Source: Podarcis erhardii
Taxonomy: Eukaryota
Assembly (NCBI GenBank): GCA_964252035.1
Contig: OZ176207.1
Length of the DNA stretch: 64,000 nt
Direction: 5' to 3' (one strand)
Under the pieces are notes generated by a model, which was not told the DNA's origin, did no database searches, and was given only the letters and a program-made list of their open reading frames with translations. Positions 63,130-64,000 of this stretch are shown piece by piece; the first letter of the stretch is position 1; each line of letters opens with the position of its first letter. The position numbers and the translations under genes are program-made.

Positions 63130-63277
63130 TGGGAAGTTGTGGACTCTCCTTCCTTGAAGTTTTTTTTTAGCAGAGGTTGGATGGCCATCTGCCATGGATG
63201 CTCTAGCTGAGATTCCTGCATTGCAGGGGGTTGGACCAGATGACCCTTGGGTCCCTTGCAACTCTATGATTCCATGA
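63130..63277 (+). mobile_element. CR1 LINE 3' end
   Basis: GTGGACTCTCCTTCCTTGAAGTTTTTTTTAGCAGAGGTTGGATGGCCATCTG...ATTCCTGCATTGCAGGGGGTTGGACCAGATGACCCTTGGGTCCCTTGCAACTCTATGATTCCATGA. Confidence 0.85.
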
Positions 63278-64000
63278 GAGACAGACTACTTGCTCCACTC
63301 ATTGATCAAACAAAGGCTGTGCATGAGCTCTATTCATTCTGTAACCAGGAATAACCAGTCACAGGACCTGAGGAGTGTTTTACAACTGACAGCTTCCATC
63401 AATGCTTCACCATAACATACATTGTGCTTTTCCAATCAGACCCAACTGTGTATGAGTTTTAATTTGTTTTAAACTATTCTGTTGTGATTTAACCTTTCTG
63501 TGTGCTTTAAATTATGGCTGTCATTTTTAAATATTATTTTTATTCATTTTTAATAATATAACCATTTAACAATGTAGAACATTTATATACTCTCAATCTG
63601 AAAAATACAAAAACACAGATCTCCACTGTTTGTTTAAAACTTCCTTGTCTCAAACCACAAAATAGGCATTTTGTTCTGCCTTCAACCCTTTAATGTTCAA
63701 TTTCCCTTCCCTTCTTCTTGAAGCCAAAAAGCAGCTCACACACTGAATGTAAATTATCACCAGCTGATGGACAAATCTCCCTCAGTTATAAATTATAACT
63801 GTCCCAAAAATAATTAAGAAAGGGAGGCTTTTGCAGATCCCATACCCATCACAGCTCTTTCATGGCTTTGGGGCAAGATGTAAATTCCTCAGCTCTCAAG
63901 TCACTTAACCCCCATCCGAGTTCCTAGGAGCTGACTGCTTCTTAGTCTCTTGAACACAGAAAACAGCTTTTTCAAAGCACCAGAGATTAATCCCTTGTTC

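Overview
Vertebrate (squamate, probably lacertid lizard judging by Sauria-type and related SINEs) clustered protocadherin-gamma locus, variable region. Eleven large variable exons lie on the minus strand (numbered V1-V11 from left to right here; V1 runs off the left edge). Each encodes signal peptide, EC1-EC6, TM and a variable cytoplasmic part; the ten complete ones end in a phase-0 GT donor. The shared constant exons should lie left of the window. Nine exons are gamma-B-like and two gamma-A-like. Each has its own 37-38 bp bipartite CTCF/CSE site 175-283 bp upstream of the ATG. V1-V8 form a strictly alternating two-subtype array with a period of about 12 kb. Their EC5-to-cytoplasmic tracts are about 99% identical within subtype, while the one paralogous intergenic block I could align is only 70% identical. 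A decayed twelfth (gamma-A) exon remnant lies between V8 and V9 and is not obvious from the ORF track. Intergenic DNA holds Sauria SINEs, two different tRNA-headed SINEs sharing a CR1 tail, CR1/L2/L1/RTE/Penelope fragments, Tc1/mariner MITEs and a solo LTR. The system itself (cPcdh) is well known. The points of interest are lineage-specific architecture, conversion tracts, promoter variants and the relic exon. All identities are by-eye counts; no database searches were run.
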